Below, in pieces: positions 1-12,600 of a stretch of 64,000 nt of DNA (position 1 is the first letter of the stretch; the number at the start of each line of letters is the position of its first letter). Both the position numbers and the translations under genes were made by a program. This DNA comes from Marsupella aquatica (Eukaryota; Plantae; Marchantiophyta): positions 3,038,001 through 3,102,000 of the forward strand of contig OZ316896.1 of NCBI GenBank assembly GCA_973895155.1, read 5' to 3'. Under the pieces are notes generated by a model. It was not told where the DNA came from and did no database searches. It saw only the letters and a list, made by a program, of their open reading frames with translations.

Positions 1-1024
1 CTGATTCAAGCATGGATAGTAACAAGGCACGAGGGGGGGTACTTGGCGACTGCGCAAGAGTGGAAGGACTTGGCCGCACCCACGGAATAGGGGAGGCAGA
101 TGCAGTACCAAGTAGCTCAGTAGGAACTTTTTCGAGGGAAAGAACATCCCATCCGCTCTCGGGGATTGGAGACTTCATCGTTGGCTCTTTCAAAGAGAGG
201 CTTGAAGGAACTCGGGGAGGAACTGCCTCATGAATTGCATCCTCAATAACTTGTGCATCTGCGCGCTTATAGACACGACCAGTCTTCCTTACACAAGGGG
301 GCCCATTAGGCTTACCTTTGCCTTCTCTATGCCACTGAACAATCTGGCCTTTCAACTTAGATGCAGCGTACGCGGCCCAATTAACTGTCCTCCCCAACAC
401 TCGCTCAGCATACACTCCCTTAACAAATGTATGTGCCAACACTCCATTGACCGGCTTCTCATATCCATCGACAACTTTGGATAAATGTAAGACATCCTCT
501 TGTGGCAAGCCCGTGCAACTACCTAGTTTGTAACCGCTCCGTCCCTTATCTCCAAAGCACGTGACTAGCATTTCCTCACTGATGTCAATGATTCTATGGA
601 GATTTTTGCCTTCATTCGGAAGGCCAAATTGGGTAGCAAAGAAGTGAGCGTCCTTGTAAAAATCTGCTGGATCCCATTCGTTGTCTGTCGCCTCTGAAGT
701 TGGCTTGACTCTACCTTTAGATTTCTCAATAGATGCTACCGCTCGAGCAACACAATCATCTGAACTGGGTTTTCCTTTAGAGAGTTTGACTAACACAGAC
801 CCGGCTGGATCCCATTCGTTGTCTGTCGCCTCTGAAGTTGGCTTGACTCTACCTTTAGATTTCTCAATAGATGCTACCGCTCGAGCACCACAATCGTCTG
901 AACTGGGTTTTCCTTTAGAGAGTTTGTTGACTAACACAGACCCGGTTGAGCGTTCTTAAGGAGAGTTTTCTAATGACCCTACACCCTCACCTCCATCAAC
1001 GGGCAATGGAAGTGGGGTATCCAT
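1..1024 (-). CDS. Additional ORF inside the retroelement, absent from the ORF track; one early stop; open to the window edge
   Basis: Manual translation: ATG at 1024 (MDTPLPLPVDGG...), a single TAA at 956-958, then ~318 codons with no stop down to position 1 (...FYKDAHFFATQFGLPNEG...FVKGVYAERVLGRTVNWAAYAASKLKG...). Contains an in-frame 46-aa duplication. Confidence 0.6.
666..945. repeat. Tandem duplication, 138-bp period, two copies
   Basis: gctggatcccattcgttgtctgtcgcc... starts at 666 and 804; the copies are nearly identical and keep the reading frame. Confidence 0.95.
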
Positions 1025-2019
1025 CAAAACAACTACGAAAAGTCCTGACTAAATCTGATGAGAGTTCTGGTAAATCTAAAGTAGAGAAGGTTACGTCAAA
1101 TATCGATGAAAGGAAGTAGAATAGGTGGTGCATTAGGTATCAAAGTTACAAGCGTACCCTCAGTCTGGCCTGCGGAGCACGTCACGCTCATGAAGTAGTA
1201 CTTCCACCCAAACCTGCACAAACTCTCCATGCCCACAACATGTCAAAGACCATGTATGCAACATTTGCACCATCGCTGATTTGAAAGTTCTTGAGTTTAC
1301 AAGCACCTATCGCCGAACGCGTCACTGCGACTGTGAGGAATATGAAGGTCTGTCTAGAATTGGTTGAAACTGCAACAAAGCAACATTTGCTTACCCGAAC
1401 TCTAAACCAATGTCACCAAACCGCACCACCTTAGAAAAGATTTGAAAGAATAGAGAGTCCGCAATGCTATGTTTCCTTCAAGCACTAAAATTGAAACATT
1501 CGGCGGAACTCCTCAACGTTCATTGTCGACGTTTACTGCCGACATCCACTACTTTGCGACGTTCAGTCTCGTTCAGTCTCGCCACCATTGTCATTGACAA
1601 TCCCCTAAGCCTCCCAAACAAACTACTTTGCGACACTACTCGGCGTTCACTCCCCCCGCCACTGTCGTTGAGTATCCTCGAAGCCTCCCGAACATCTGGA
1701 AATCTAAGGCACAGTAGGCCCCAACGGCCAATTCCTCACTGTTGATGGAAACCCGCGGATGGCACGGAAGCCGCGTGGCTATTTCAAACTTGACGGCGAT
1801 TTCAAACTGTGGGAATGACGGAACTGGTCCCCTCCTTCTTCTCCGTGGAAGGACCTTAGTGGCTAGAAATGATGCGATGTCCTTTTGCATCATTAATTCC
1901 TTCACGGGGTTGAAGTCCTTGGTGGCCCCACTATCCTTCAATCTTGATCGTTGATCTTCGTATCACCACAAGGACTACCTCTCCATTTTGGTGATCCTTT
2001 TTGCGTCCTTTTGCCCCCC

Positions 2020-3168
2020 TCAAGCTTGCAATTGACCGTGTTTGACATTTGATAGAGTACAGTACTTGCAACCGGGTAGTTGAATCTTTACGGATCCAAT
2101 CCCTAAAACTTTGCAAGAATGATTATTTCCCATCAAAACAGATCCGTTGATAGGAGTGTAGGATGAGAAAAGTTCACGCATATAGCACATGTGATATGAG
2201 CAAGCGGAATCCAAGATCCATTGACAATCCTCAACTTGGGAAGTGGTACACAATGCAAATCCTTCACTATCCTCTTCTCGAACAACTACTTGGGCTGAAG
2301 AACCGACAACTTCCTTGAATGTGTCTTTGACGCGACAATCCTTCTTCATGTGGCCCACTTTGTCACACTTCCAACACTTTATCTCATGAGTAGACTTAGA
2401 TGGTGATTTGGATCGAGATCTAGATCTGGATCTAAACCTCCTCCTACCAAAAGATCGGTCGTGGAACCTTCCTCGCTCCATGGGAAGTGGGTTAAACCTT
2501 TTGTTTTCATGAGATGGTTCCCTTGATTTGCCTCTTTCTACCAACAGTGCTGTTGATGATGAGGTTGAGGTAGGATGAGCTGAAGAAACCAGCTTAGACT
2601 GCATGTCATCGGTCAACAGGGCACTCACCACATCATTGTAGGATATAGTTGTCTTATCACGGAATAGAAGAACTCGAGACAAAGATTGGTACGAAGGTGG
2701 TAGTGAGCTCAAGAGTTGTAAGGCTTTCTTTTCTTTGCTCAAATGCTCCCCCAAATTCTCTAGGTCAACCACAAGATCATTGAACTGATCGATATGATCT
2801 TGAATCTTAACTCCATCAGCCATTTTGAATTGCATGAGCTTCAGGCTTGCATACATTCGGTTTGACATCTCTTTCTTGTAGTACTTGTTGCGCAATGCTT
2901 GAAACAAGTTCGTCACCGTTTGTGTTGCTTTTTCCTCAAACTGCTTCTTCACATTGTTTTTCAGGTACATGCCAACAATACTTACCGCTTGATCCTGGAG
3001 ATCATGCCAATCATCATCTTCCATCTCCTTGGGTTGAGATCTTAGTACCTTGCCTAGGCCCATCGCCCTAAGTGCATCCCTCACGTTACGTTCCCACATT
3101 GTATAGTCCATACGACCATCAAAATTTTCCACCTCAAACCTTTGACCTCCAATCCTAGTAGTCGCCAT
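2020..3168 (-). CDS. Copia Gag (UBN2-type) with CCHC zinc knuckle and truncated aspartic protease
   Basis: Gag motifs FDGRMDYTMW and LLSSLPPSY; zinc knuckle CWKCDKVGHMKKDC; protease motif WILDSACSYHMC followed by VLMGNNHSCKVLGIGSVKI and LSNVKH, after which copia similarity ends and a stop follows. Confidence 0.9.
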   Translation of the reverse strand: MATTRIGGQRFEVENFDGRMDYTMWERNVRDALRAMGLGKVLRSQPKEMEDDDWHDLQDQAVSIVGMYLKNNVKKQFEEKATQTVTNLFQALRNKYYKKEMSNRMYASLKLMQFKMADGVKIQDHIDQFNDLVVDLENLGEHLSKEKKALQLLSSLPPSYQSLSRVLLFRDKTTISYNDVVSALLTDDMQSKLVSSAHPTSTSSSTALLVERGKSREPSHENKRFNPLPMERGRFHDRSFGRRRFRSRSRSRSKSPSKSTHEIKCWKCDKVGHMKKDCRVKDTFKEVVGSSAQVVVREEDSEGFALCTTSQVEDCQWILDSACSYHMCYMRELFSSYTPINGSVLMGNNHSCKVLGIGSVKIQLPGCKYCTLSNVKHGQLQA

Positions 3169-4316
3169 CGCTGAAATGCCAAATGTAGTGTGGAGTCGCC
3201 TTCCGACAAGAAATAAACATCGAATGCTCAGATGTGGGGTGTGAAAATAAGGCCAAAATTGAAAGTTGGTGAATTTTGAAATTGATCACTCCTATGTGTA
3301 GCCCACAAGGTAACGCTCCGAATTCTGAAAATGGTTTGTCAAATGGACTCTCGAGTGCCGAGAATTTTTACTCCAATCGGAGGGGGGTAAAAGATGAAAT
3401 AATTACCCCTCGAGGGAATCTCTTATGCCAAAGATTCCACTAGTGTACTTTTTCAAAATCGAACGCACCAATACTTGCCTAGCTTCCCCAAGCACGCCTC
3501 TCCAAAAGTTGAAGTTGATCCGATTTTATTTGCCGCTCGGAATCTTTGACCTTCGGTAAAAATTTAAGCCTCTAGAAAAGAATCTTTTCGGGAAATTCCG
3601 TCCGCCCTTGTACAGCCCCTGTGGGGGACTTCACAGGGGGCACTTCCCCCTGCCCGAGCCCTGTCGAGCCCTAGAAAGGCCTGCTCGAACTTTTCAACCT
3701 CCTCGCACGCCCGTGCAAGTCGCGACTACTCGCGGCAGAAAATACCCCTCGGCGGATTCACTCAAATTCCTGTTTCAGTTTTTGACGAAATCCAATTCTG
3801 ATTTCAGATTTAGAAACTAGACTTCGAGGGCATCAAGATCGATATAAAGAACTTGCAAAATGGTGGAGTAATGAGGGAGAAAAAATTCGGTGAAAGTGAC
3901 TGATATTAAGTTATCCAAAATTTCGAGCTCAAAAAACGAGAATTGAAATTAAGATTGCTTTTCAACTGTTTGACAGAATTCAACGATGTTGATATCGAAA
4001 CGTCTAGAAAGACAAGGCGCTCAAGCGTATCTCAGTTTCAAGTCCCGATAGAACAATCAAAAAGACTGATCTGAGAAATTGACCTTATCTCTTGCCCGAT
4101 AACGTAAATTGAAAACCGTCACTTACAATTGTTTCCATTTCTAACCTCAGGCCTTCATTGCTTCACTGAAATGAGCCTCTGGTTCTGTGCTCCACACTTG
4201 TGAGAAGATTGAGTCCGATTTTCTTTCAATAGCTCCGCTTCAAAGTGGAAATCATCCGCTGTTCGCTTTGCTTGAAGCAAGTTCTATGGAGTTCCTAATC
4301 GACTGGAAAAACCTGA

Positions 4317-4328
4317 GCTCTGATACCA
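4317..4328 (-). promoter_or_regulatory. Primer-binding site complementary to the tRNA-iMet 3' end
   Basis: Plus-strand gctctgatacca reads TGGTATCAGAGC on the minus strand, directly after the LTR-terminal CA plus AT. Confidence 0.92.
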
Positions 4329-4330
4329 AT

Positions 4331-4654
4331 TGTGGGGAGAAATCAGATCAAGAAATACACTCCAAACATACACGTGCTCAATAGTTACGTGGTTCGCCTC
4401 AAGGTTGGCTACGTCCACGGGAAGACCAAGCTTTATTAACGATTTTGTGTCTACTCAAGCATCACCATAGCTCCCATCTCTTCAAGCTCTTATCTCTTGT
4501 TGTATCATTGTGTTCTCTCTTGAGAACTCTCTTGTGTGTTTTCTCACCACATAGAAGTTGAAGAGATAAGGACCAATCTCTTCAACTAGGGTTTACTCTA
4601 ACCCTAGTTAATATACTAACCATAGTTCAACCCAAGACTGAGTTAACCTCTACA
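4331..4654 (-). repeat. 5' LTR of the copia element (~324 bp)
   Basis: Ends ...CCCCACA two bases before the PBS and probably starts TGTAGAG at 4654. Contains CCCGTGGACGTAGCC...CGAACCACGTAAC, a U5 motif typical of plant Tork/Tnt1-type LTRs. The outer boundary is inferred because no second LTR is in the window. Confidence 0.7.
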
Positions 4655-5256
4655 CCCCCCACCACCCCCCTTACGAGATGGTGTTCCTGACCAACGATGG
4701 ATTGACTCATCTGGTTTTTCTTAGGGCTAGAGTTGTGCTCCCAGATATGTTGTTATTGTCAACCCTATTGGAGGAATCCACATTGCGGTTACTGTCCATG
4801 TGCCTGGCCATGTTGCCACTAATAAGCCAGCCTGGCTCGAGGTGGAGGCCTATACAATTTGTTATCAAGGGAGATCTTTTGTACCTTTTTTTATTTGAGG
4901 TCTTTGGTGCTATTCACTCTACCTTTGACCACTTCCTTTGGGCATGTGTGGTTTTTATAGTGTAGAGGCCTTATCCCCTTGTCTTTGTCCTCACCTCCTT
5001 CTTTAAACAAAGGGTGTCCATTGCACTTAAGAAGGCTCAGACTTTCACTATCCTGTGAGTCAAGGCAATTGGTTGTAGGGCCTCTAGACAAATCAGCTTC
5101 TTTGGTTTTTGTTCCTTTGTTGTTGGCGGGGATCCTTTGGCTTGTTGGGCTGGTGTGGTCTTTTGGGGCCCTTTCCCCTTTCCTCCTCCTTGGCTCCCTT
5201 TATTGAGTTACTTTGCCTTTGGGAAAATCTCCTAGTTTGGCAATTTGGTTCTTTTG

Positions 5257-6420
5257 AGTCGCAGAACCCAACTACCTTAACACTTAGCTCCAAAGTTGCT
5301 GATTCCAACGCTGAGCTCCTCTACTGCCCAAGCCCCCGGAACGGCCAGGCGATGGGGACTAAGTATGGGGAGACTAGTGGACAACAAGGCGTGATACTAG
5401 CAAGGGCAAGGCGCTAAGCTGAGGATGCACACTAAGGACTACGACCAGCTTGGGGCTGGTTGGGTCATGGGAATGGGTCGGGCTTAGGGTGGACCATCCA
5501 GACCCCTAGACTGCCTTTGAGTTTTGAGGGCTTGGGTGAGAGCTCCTCTTGGACCCGAGGCTAAAGAAGTTTACTTCATGTGCAACGGACACTTAGCGCA
5601 TAAGATACGGCGTGGCCGCCTAGGACCCCCGAGTGACGATGGGTTTTGAGGGGCTAGGCATGAGCATTGGATTGACCTAATCACAATGAGCTAAGGCACT
5701 CCGCCTACAAATGTCTAGCTAGAAAGTTATGGGCACAACAAATTAGTTGCATGCCCATGCGTGAGGGTTGAAGTCCAGGTGGGGGACCAAAGTAGGTCCA
5801 GGGTTGGTAGGTCTCCAAAATCATATATATGGGCTGATGTCTCCCTGGGGACCAAGGGCGAGCCCAAGTTGTGAACCACGATCGTCGTGACACCAAGAGG
5901 AAATATCAAACAAAAATGACGATAAATTTTCAACAACTCGGTTGGGGGACTTCTTGGATGAGTTGGAAAACTCTTAAAGATGATTACATACTCTTGAGAT
6001 CAATTGGGTCTGGGAGTGCCATAGGTTCTCGGGGTTTGCGGAGGCTATCTTGCCTGATTGCCAAATCCTGTCAAAACTATAGTCAAGCCACGTTCAATTT
6101 CCCATGGAAGGTTGTGTTGGGGAGGAAAAACATAGTAAGTATGGAAGTTGAGTTCCAAGTCCACTTTGCCCCTAGACTATCGGTTGAGTGAGAACTTTGA
6201 AATTGGTTGCTAGAGTTAGAGCCAATCTGGTCCCAACATTTTGTAAACAAACTAGGCTAATTAGGTCATGAACATGTCTTGGGGACAACACTAATTAGGC
6301 CATGAACATGTCTTTGGGACAGGTCGGTCAGCCAACGATGAGTAAAAAGTGGGTAAGCACAAACAGTTCCTGAATACTAGGAGTTATTCTAAATAAACAT
6401 TGGGTGTTGGCTCTGGTTTT
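5257..6420 (-). mobile_element. Diverged, truncated copy of the AGT...ACT solo-LTR-like family
   Basis: Reverse-complement similarity to 21620-22803; for example agtcgcagaacccaactaccttaacacttagc at 5257 matches the end of the 21.3-22.8 kb copy. Confidence 0.8.
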
Positions 6421-6897
6421 GGCCATAAGCTGAAACCAGAGCCAACATAAACTTTCCAATGTACTGGACTGGGTGTCTTAGTACTTCACAAATTTATGGG
6501 GAATTTGGTAAACTTGGCCACTTGTGGTATAATTTGGCAGCTTTCCCCCAAAGCCATTTCTGAGATTTCCTTTGACTCATTATGAATTGCTTTATTGGGC
6601 TCACTGGCAGCTGGAAGGGGTGGTAGCATAAGTGTTCACAAACTTCTGGACATCTGTTAAATATGGAAACTTGAGGGGATAATTTGGTCATTTTCACCCC
6701 CCAAAATTGTAAGATTTCTCTTTGTCTGACTATGGTGCAAAACAGGGATCCAGAGGTTTTTTCAGACTTGCAGCCAAACACTCGGTTAATGAGTTAATTG
6801 CCTCGCTAAAAAAGCTGGTGGGGAGTTCATTCAAAAAACAGATGTCTATGCTCGTTTTGGTAGAATTTATAGGTGAAGGTGAAAACTCAATTAAGCA

Positions 6898-7003
6898 ATC
6901 ATCATGGAAATTATGAATCTATGTTGACCATCGCTTTGATCATCAACTCATCATGGAAATTATGAATCAGCTATGTTGACCATCGCTTTGATCATCAACT
7001 CAT
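6898..7003. repeat. Short tandem duplication (~50 bp, two copies)
   Basis: atcatggaaattatgaatc...tatgttgaccatcgctttgatcatcaactca occurs twice. Confidence 0.85.
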
Positions 7004-9656
7004 ACATCCAGTGAAGTCAAATTTGAAAATGAAAAATCAATGGGATGGTCTCCTCAGTCCTGGATTTTGTTGTTGAAGCTCATTATAACTGTCAAAAATG
7101 GGATTCATTATCAAAATTGAAATGGTCTTAAATTCAGGAAGTGCTTTCTAATTCACGAACTGAAAATCTACAAATTCCACTACAAGTGTTGATTTCTACA
7201 CGAAGTGAACTAACTAAGACGACTCTCATGTTGATCAAACTCCATCCATTCGTCAGCATATCGTAAGAGTGCATGGCTGCTGGAAGATTGTTTGGCAGGT
7301 GAGGAAAGTGTCAAAGGAGGGAAGATCTCCACACCCCATATACACAAGAAAGAGCACACAGCCCATCTCGCCAACATGACAGTTCGAATCCGTCCTCGCC
7401 TGCTGCAGTGCACACGAGGCCCACCTTTAGATAGAAAAGTTCAAGACAGCAACATGAAGGAACCACAAACTAAGGGAGCAAGCATATCAAACCACAATGG
7501 AGAAAATCGGCTGCCAAGTGTGAGAAGTTGTTACCCAAACTATTCGACCACCATTCAATTGCCCACAATAGGTCCCACTCCACGCATGACCTACCTCGCT
7601 TGCAAGTTCTCCAAGCTTCATCCACCTGTCCATGTCCCCACCACCACAGACACTACTCAATGGTACTTCGAGAAAGTATGCATAATTGTTCATGAAGGTT
7701 GCAAGTCAGTGGAACAATTTCCTTCCTAAGCTTTATCAGAAAAAGCATCATGCTCGAGGAACAGAGAGGACTGTTTCCAAATGTAATGTGTTCCACAGCA
7801 CCAGATATATTTTCAAAAGTGCCTTCACATGAGTTGCCCAATACATTTGATGGTGGAGAAAGCTACAAACAATTCCAAATTACAACTGTTATCGAAAGAG
7901 ATGTGTGCCAGATAAATGCCGTTGTCATTTTTGGTTCAGCTTCTCAGAATTCCGGGCCCTCATTCTCGGACTTACACCTTCAATTCGGTCAGGCTCTATT
8001 TTCAGTTGGGTGCAAGTCAACCAGTTTCTAATTTCTCGATGTGAATGGATATCGTTGCGAGAATTTCGATGGACCACAAGTTCAGTGTAGTAATCCTCCT
8101 ATACGACACAATTTTGGTATCGTAGACATCATCAGAGTGTCTAACAAAACTGACAAAACTTGGGAAGAGAGAGCGCCCGCTTGGCAACTACATTACCTCG
8201 AAGGCAAAGCTATGGAGAAGACATGGCATCGTATAGATACTCTCTCCTTGTAGACATCATCAGCCTCTAACGTAACTGACAAAAAAGGGGAAGATAGTGG
8301 GGCCCAATTGGCACCTTTTACAACGAAGGCAATGCAATGGCGACGTCATTGCTTCCTATGATTGAGTGAAAAATCAATGGAGAAGTCAGTGATCCCAGTG
8401 AACCAACCCTCCAATATACACACTTTTGGCCCACGGGAAGGATATCCCCTCTTCTCAAACATCATCCGAGGCTTTATGCAAATGACAACACTGGGAAGGA
8501 TAGTGGGCCCGATCGGCAACTATTACCGAAATGCAATCAGAGGAGAAGACACCACTCGAGAAGGCAGTGAGAGGGCCCTCTCACTGACCAGTGGGTCCAA
8601 CAAGGCCCTTCCGTCTTGGAAGCACGTCGCCTCGACTGATCACAAAATACCAGAGTCCAGCAATCGGAAAAGCAACCGACACACGGCTCGGTTTGCTAGC
8701 AGAAAACTGCTAGCTCCACTTCTAATTGCTTGGTGAGGTGAGTCATGCAGAACTTGCAGTCGACCACTAACTTCATATTCAATCGCGATTTCTGTGGCGT
8801 CGAAAAGTGACCGCCCTTATTCTACTATTAATAGTCAGAAGTCCTTTCCTTCGAAGTCCAGGAATTTCCGATGATTCGGGGATGTTGACCAAATTCGTCA
8901 GTGAGATGTGTTGGGGAGAATGAACCGCCTGGTCATATAATCTCAGCCATCCGGCGTGTATGAACGATGGCTTTTATACCACCTCCCTTCCGCTTGCCCT
9001 AGGTAGTGTTTTGTTCTGGATGGGAAACAATTGTTGTTCTCATCCCTTCACAGACAAATACTTATCTACGCTCCAGTTGAATCCCTACGGAAGCAACACT
9101 AAAGTTCCACGCTGACCTGGGTCGAAGAGGAAACTCTCAACGGATGCAACGCTGTCGAGATTATTTTGAAATCTATTGATATTTCACAATCAACAGCAAG
9201 AACTCTTGAACAGGTATTCATAACAAAGATCTCGAAGTAAGAAACAACTCTACCGCGATGAACCGATTCACGAGACACGAAATTCACGTGTTGACCAAGT
9301 TCCACTCGCCAGTCAGTGATAGATAGAGGAAGGAAGGGATAAGCTTAATTCTTTCTCAACGACCATGAATGATAGCCGATAAGAGCCCAAAATCAGAACC
9401 TGGGGATTGAACACTCAGACGAGGTACTATCAATATTAGGTACGCCTGGACTACTTCGCCTCCTTCGAAGCAACAGGCCGGGAAGTGGGCTTCTACAAGA
9501 GATTGGACGGAACCTTGAAATGGAACGATGCTTCTGCAAACGGTTAGAAGGAAGCTTGAATGGAACGAAAACGTTCATTGGTCCGACGCTGGTACGGTCA
9601 GCTTCCAGGAGAGAGTTGTCAGGTTCAATTGATAAACCTCAAGTTCCAAATATCTT

Positions 9657-12600
9657 CTAAAAGCAACGAAAGCACTTGCCTCCCTTGATCTTGTTTTCGT
9701 CGTCTGAAGAAGTTCCACCTGAAGACGCTCCATTTGTGACCTTGGCAGCTCCACCCTGTTTGGGGCACTTCTTCTTGTGATTCTTGCGGATCTTGGCGCT
9801 GGGTTTAGCATTTGGGTACGTCCATCCACAATCCTTACAAACCCAAACATCGGCGTCGTCTTTTTGGTGAGGCATTAAACCACCAATTGTTGTCGGAGGG
9901 GCCTGCTCCGTTGCAACAACCTTACCTGGGTCTTCCTTTTCTGTAGCTTTTTCTTCAGGTACAGCAGGAACTACATCCGATGTCTGCAAAGCATCCCTTA
10001 AGCTGAACTCCCTTGATTTAATTTTAGTGCCTGGTACCTCGGCCTCAGACACCGCCGGAATTGCATCTTTCACATCTTTGTCTGTGGCTGTCCCTGCTGA
10101 AGAAGTATTGTCGAGTGAGATTACGCCCCCTTCACATGAAATTATGCACGAAAACAACTCCGGCATGGACCACAGGCAATAAAGAGGACAGAGATGTTTT
10201 GCCAAGTGGCCCTTAACTTCAATGAAAACGAACTGCCGTTTGAAAAAGCGTTGATTAACTCGTTTGACAATCCAGTCTATCGTCAGAATAAACGCTGATA
10301 GCCGACATAGATTGAAACTCGAGTACTAAAGATACACAATTCAAAGTTACAGACCTGGAGTAGAATGATCCTCATGATCAAGGGCTTCATCATGAGTGAC
10401 TTCATCCAAAGAAGCTCCATTACTACCATGTCCCGGACATTTCTTCTTGTGATTGTTTCTAATCTTGGCGCTGGGCTTGGCATTCGGATACTTCCATCCA
10501 CATTCCTTACATACCCACACGTCGGACTCATCCTTTTGATGAAGCATTAAACCGCCAGATCCACTTGTTGCCGTTGCTGAATCCTTCTCCTTCTCGGACT
10601 CTTTGTTAATGGCTTCTCGAAGACTGACTGGTTCTGTTAGTGCTTCCTTCTCCTTCTCAGTCTCCTTGCTGATGGCCTCCTTGAGACTTGTAGACCCCGC
10701 TTCTTTCGTAGCGGTTTCTGTTGCTGTTCCAACACAAAATTGCATGAGTATTGTGACATCTCTCCACTGATAACAATCGCAAGCCTCAACCAAAACGAAG
10801 TCTAAGATTTGGCAGTCAACCCAATTCCCAAGAATCCAATGCAGCACCTCTGCCGCTCTGGATACCTACCTCGGGGACACTATTCATGTTTTCTTTAAGT
10901 ATAATTGTATGAGAAGCATGCCTACAGACCGGAATCTGAAGTGCTTTAGTCTCGATCTAAACCCTTCCAAAATCCCTCCCCTAGTTGATTTGTCAATAAA
11001 ACGCATCAGAGAACGAGGAACACTGCCTCTTCTTGCCAGAAAGTTAGTAATGCTTCGGGCACAAAACTGTAAGTTGTAGAAATGTCATGAGAGAATCACA
11101 GTTTTCCTCACTCTTGAGCATTGTCCATTGTACAGGAGCTAGATGTAGTTGAGCGGACACATGTGTTTAAGCAAACCAACAAACCATTTCTGTTCGTATC
11201 ATCGGTCATGCTGATGGATACTGGTACCCACTCACAAAAGACTCCACAACAGTCCCACAATCTACCCTCAATTATCTGCAAGCATAACTGAAATATATTG
11301 CAAACAAAACTCACCTCTCTCGATGAGGTTCTATAGCAGGAAGTTCTGTTCAAAGAGAAACCCTGAAATCTACCCATAAGAAGTACATGAAATTGGTTGC
11401 AATCTGAGTACATTTCTTTCAACGCAATTCATATTCTCAACAAGAGCGTCACGTAATCATACGATCCTCGTAGAGACCGGTTGGTAGTTGAGTGAAAAAA
11501 TCATCATCCAACACTGTACAATATACTACAACTTGATAAATTAAATACAAGGAGAAACTTCTAATCTGTCCTCTTTAAGTGGCCTCTCGCTTCCTTCCAG
11601 CATCACTGGCTTCATAATCGCTTCCACCTAGATCCCATAAATCTATCTGATGCCCAACGATGCTTCCCATTTCCAAACACCAACTTGGCTCCGAGAATTC
11701 CCTTTCTACCGGAGCCCCACAGATGCGCCAAGTCTCGCGACTTTGACTTGGTCCGGAGAGTGTTTCTCTTCCTACCTGAATCCCCCCAACATTAAAGCAC
11801 CCACTGTCAAGGCTTTCAACTTGAACGCAGTGCATGCCAAAAGTAAAACCTTTCCCTAAAAAAGAGAAGGGTTGCAACTCCTTCACAGCCCTTCAAAGGA
11901 CAGTTAGCTACAGTGGTAACTTTCTACCGTTCACGAAGGGGAAAAAAATAATCCAATGGGAGGAAATATAGGAGGACCAGTCTCCAAGACTTAGAAAACC
12001 CTACTTGCATGTTTACAAGTAGTACCAAAGATATGAAGTGTCAATTCATTCTTGGTCCGGTCATGACTTCATATCAAGAGAATACATTCGCGTTATAGTG
12101 CAAACCAGTAGATATGAATCTGTTGCCCTACGGTAGTCTAGGCTGGTCACAGAAAGTAAGCTGTGCCACTTGAGATGTTCCATTTGCATACGAATACATA
12201 AGTGTTTTAATATTCCTTTCAAAACTTCGTGGTAGCCCGAATTGCAGATGAGCTGTGCACTCAGATGAACTCAGCTTTATGACCTTTGATTTCAGTTCCA
12301 TTTAGATATCACTTGCCAACGTTTTGACAGACATATTACCTGAAACTGGAGGAGTTGTTTCATCAGTATTGACTGCAGGAGGCTGATTCTCCGCTACTGA
12401 ATTCGAAGACTCCTTGAGGGCAGCAAAATCAATGTCCCTAGAGATGCTCTCTGGCACTTCAGGGACAGCTGCAGGATCTTCTTTTCCAGACTCCACGGCC
12501 GGTAGTACTTCTACTGGCGCAGCTGGTGCTAGAGAATTGTGATGGTGCTCATCATCAGATGCATCATCCGAAGACCCCCCAGTTGTACCAGCAGCACCTG

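Larger units (their letters stand above)
1..4654 (-). mobile_element. Ty1/copia LTR retrotransposon (Tork/Tnt1-like), 5' part; apparently non-autonomous; continues beyond the left window edge
   Basis: On the minus strand, in order: LTR, tRNA-iMet PBS TGGTATCAGAGC (4317-4328), ~1.15 kb leader, gag-protease ORF (2020-3168). No integrase, RT or RNaseH motifs were seen in 1-2020. Confidence 0.85.

Noticed and set aside
681-959. 92-aa plus-strand ORF with an internal repeat
   Set aside because: Antisense shadow of the longer minus-strand frame across the 138-bp duplication.
7292-8736. Cluster of 100-145 aa ORFs
   Set aside because: No recognisable motif or consistent splice structure; could be decayed coding DNA but cannot be supported by eye.
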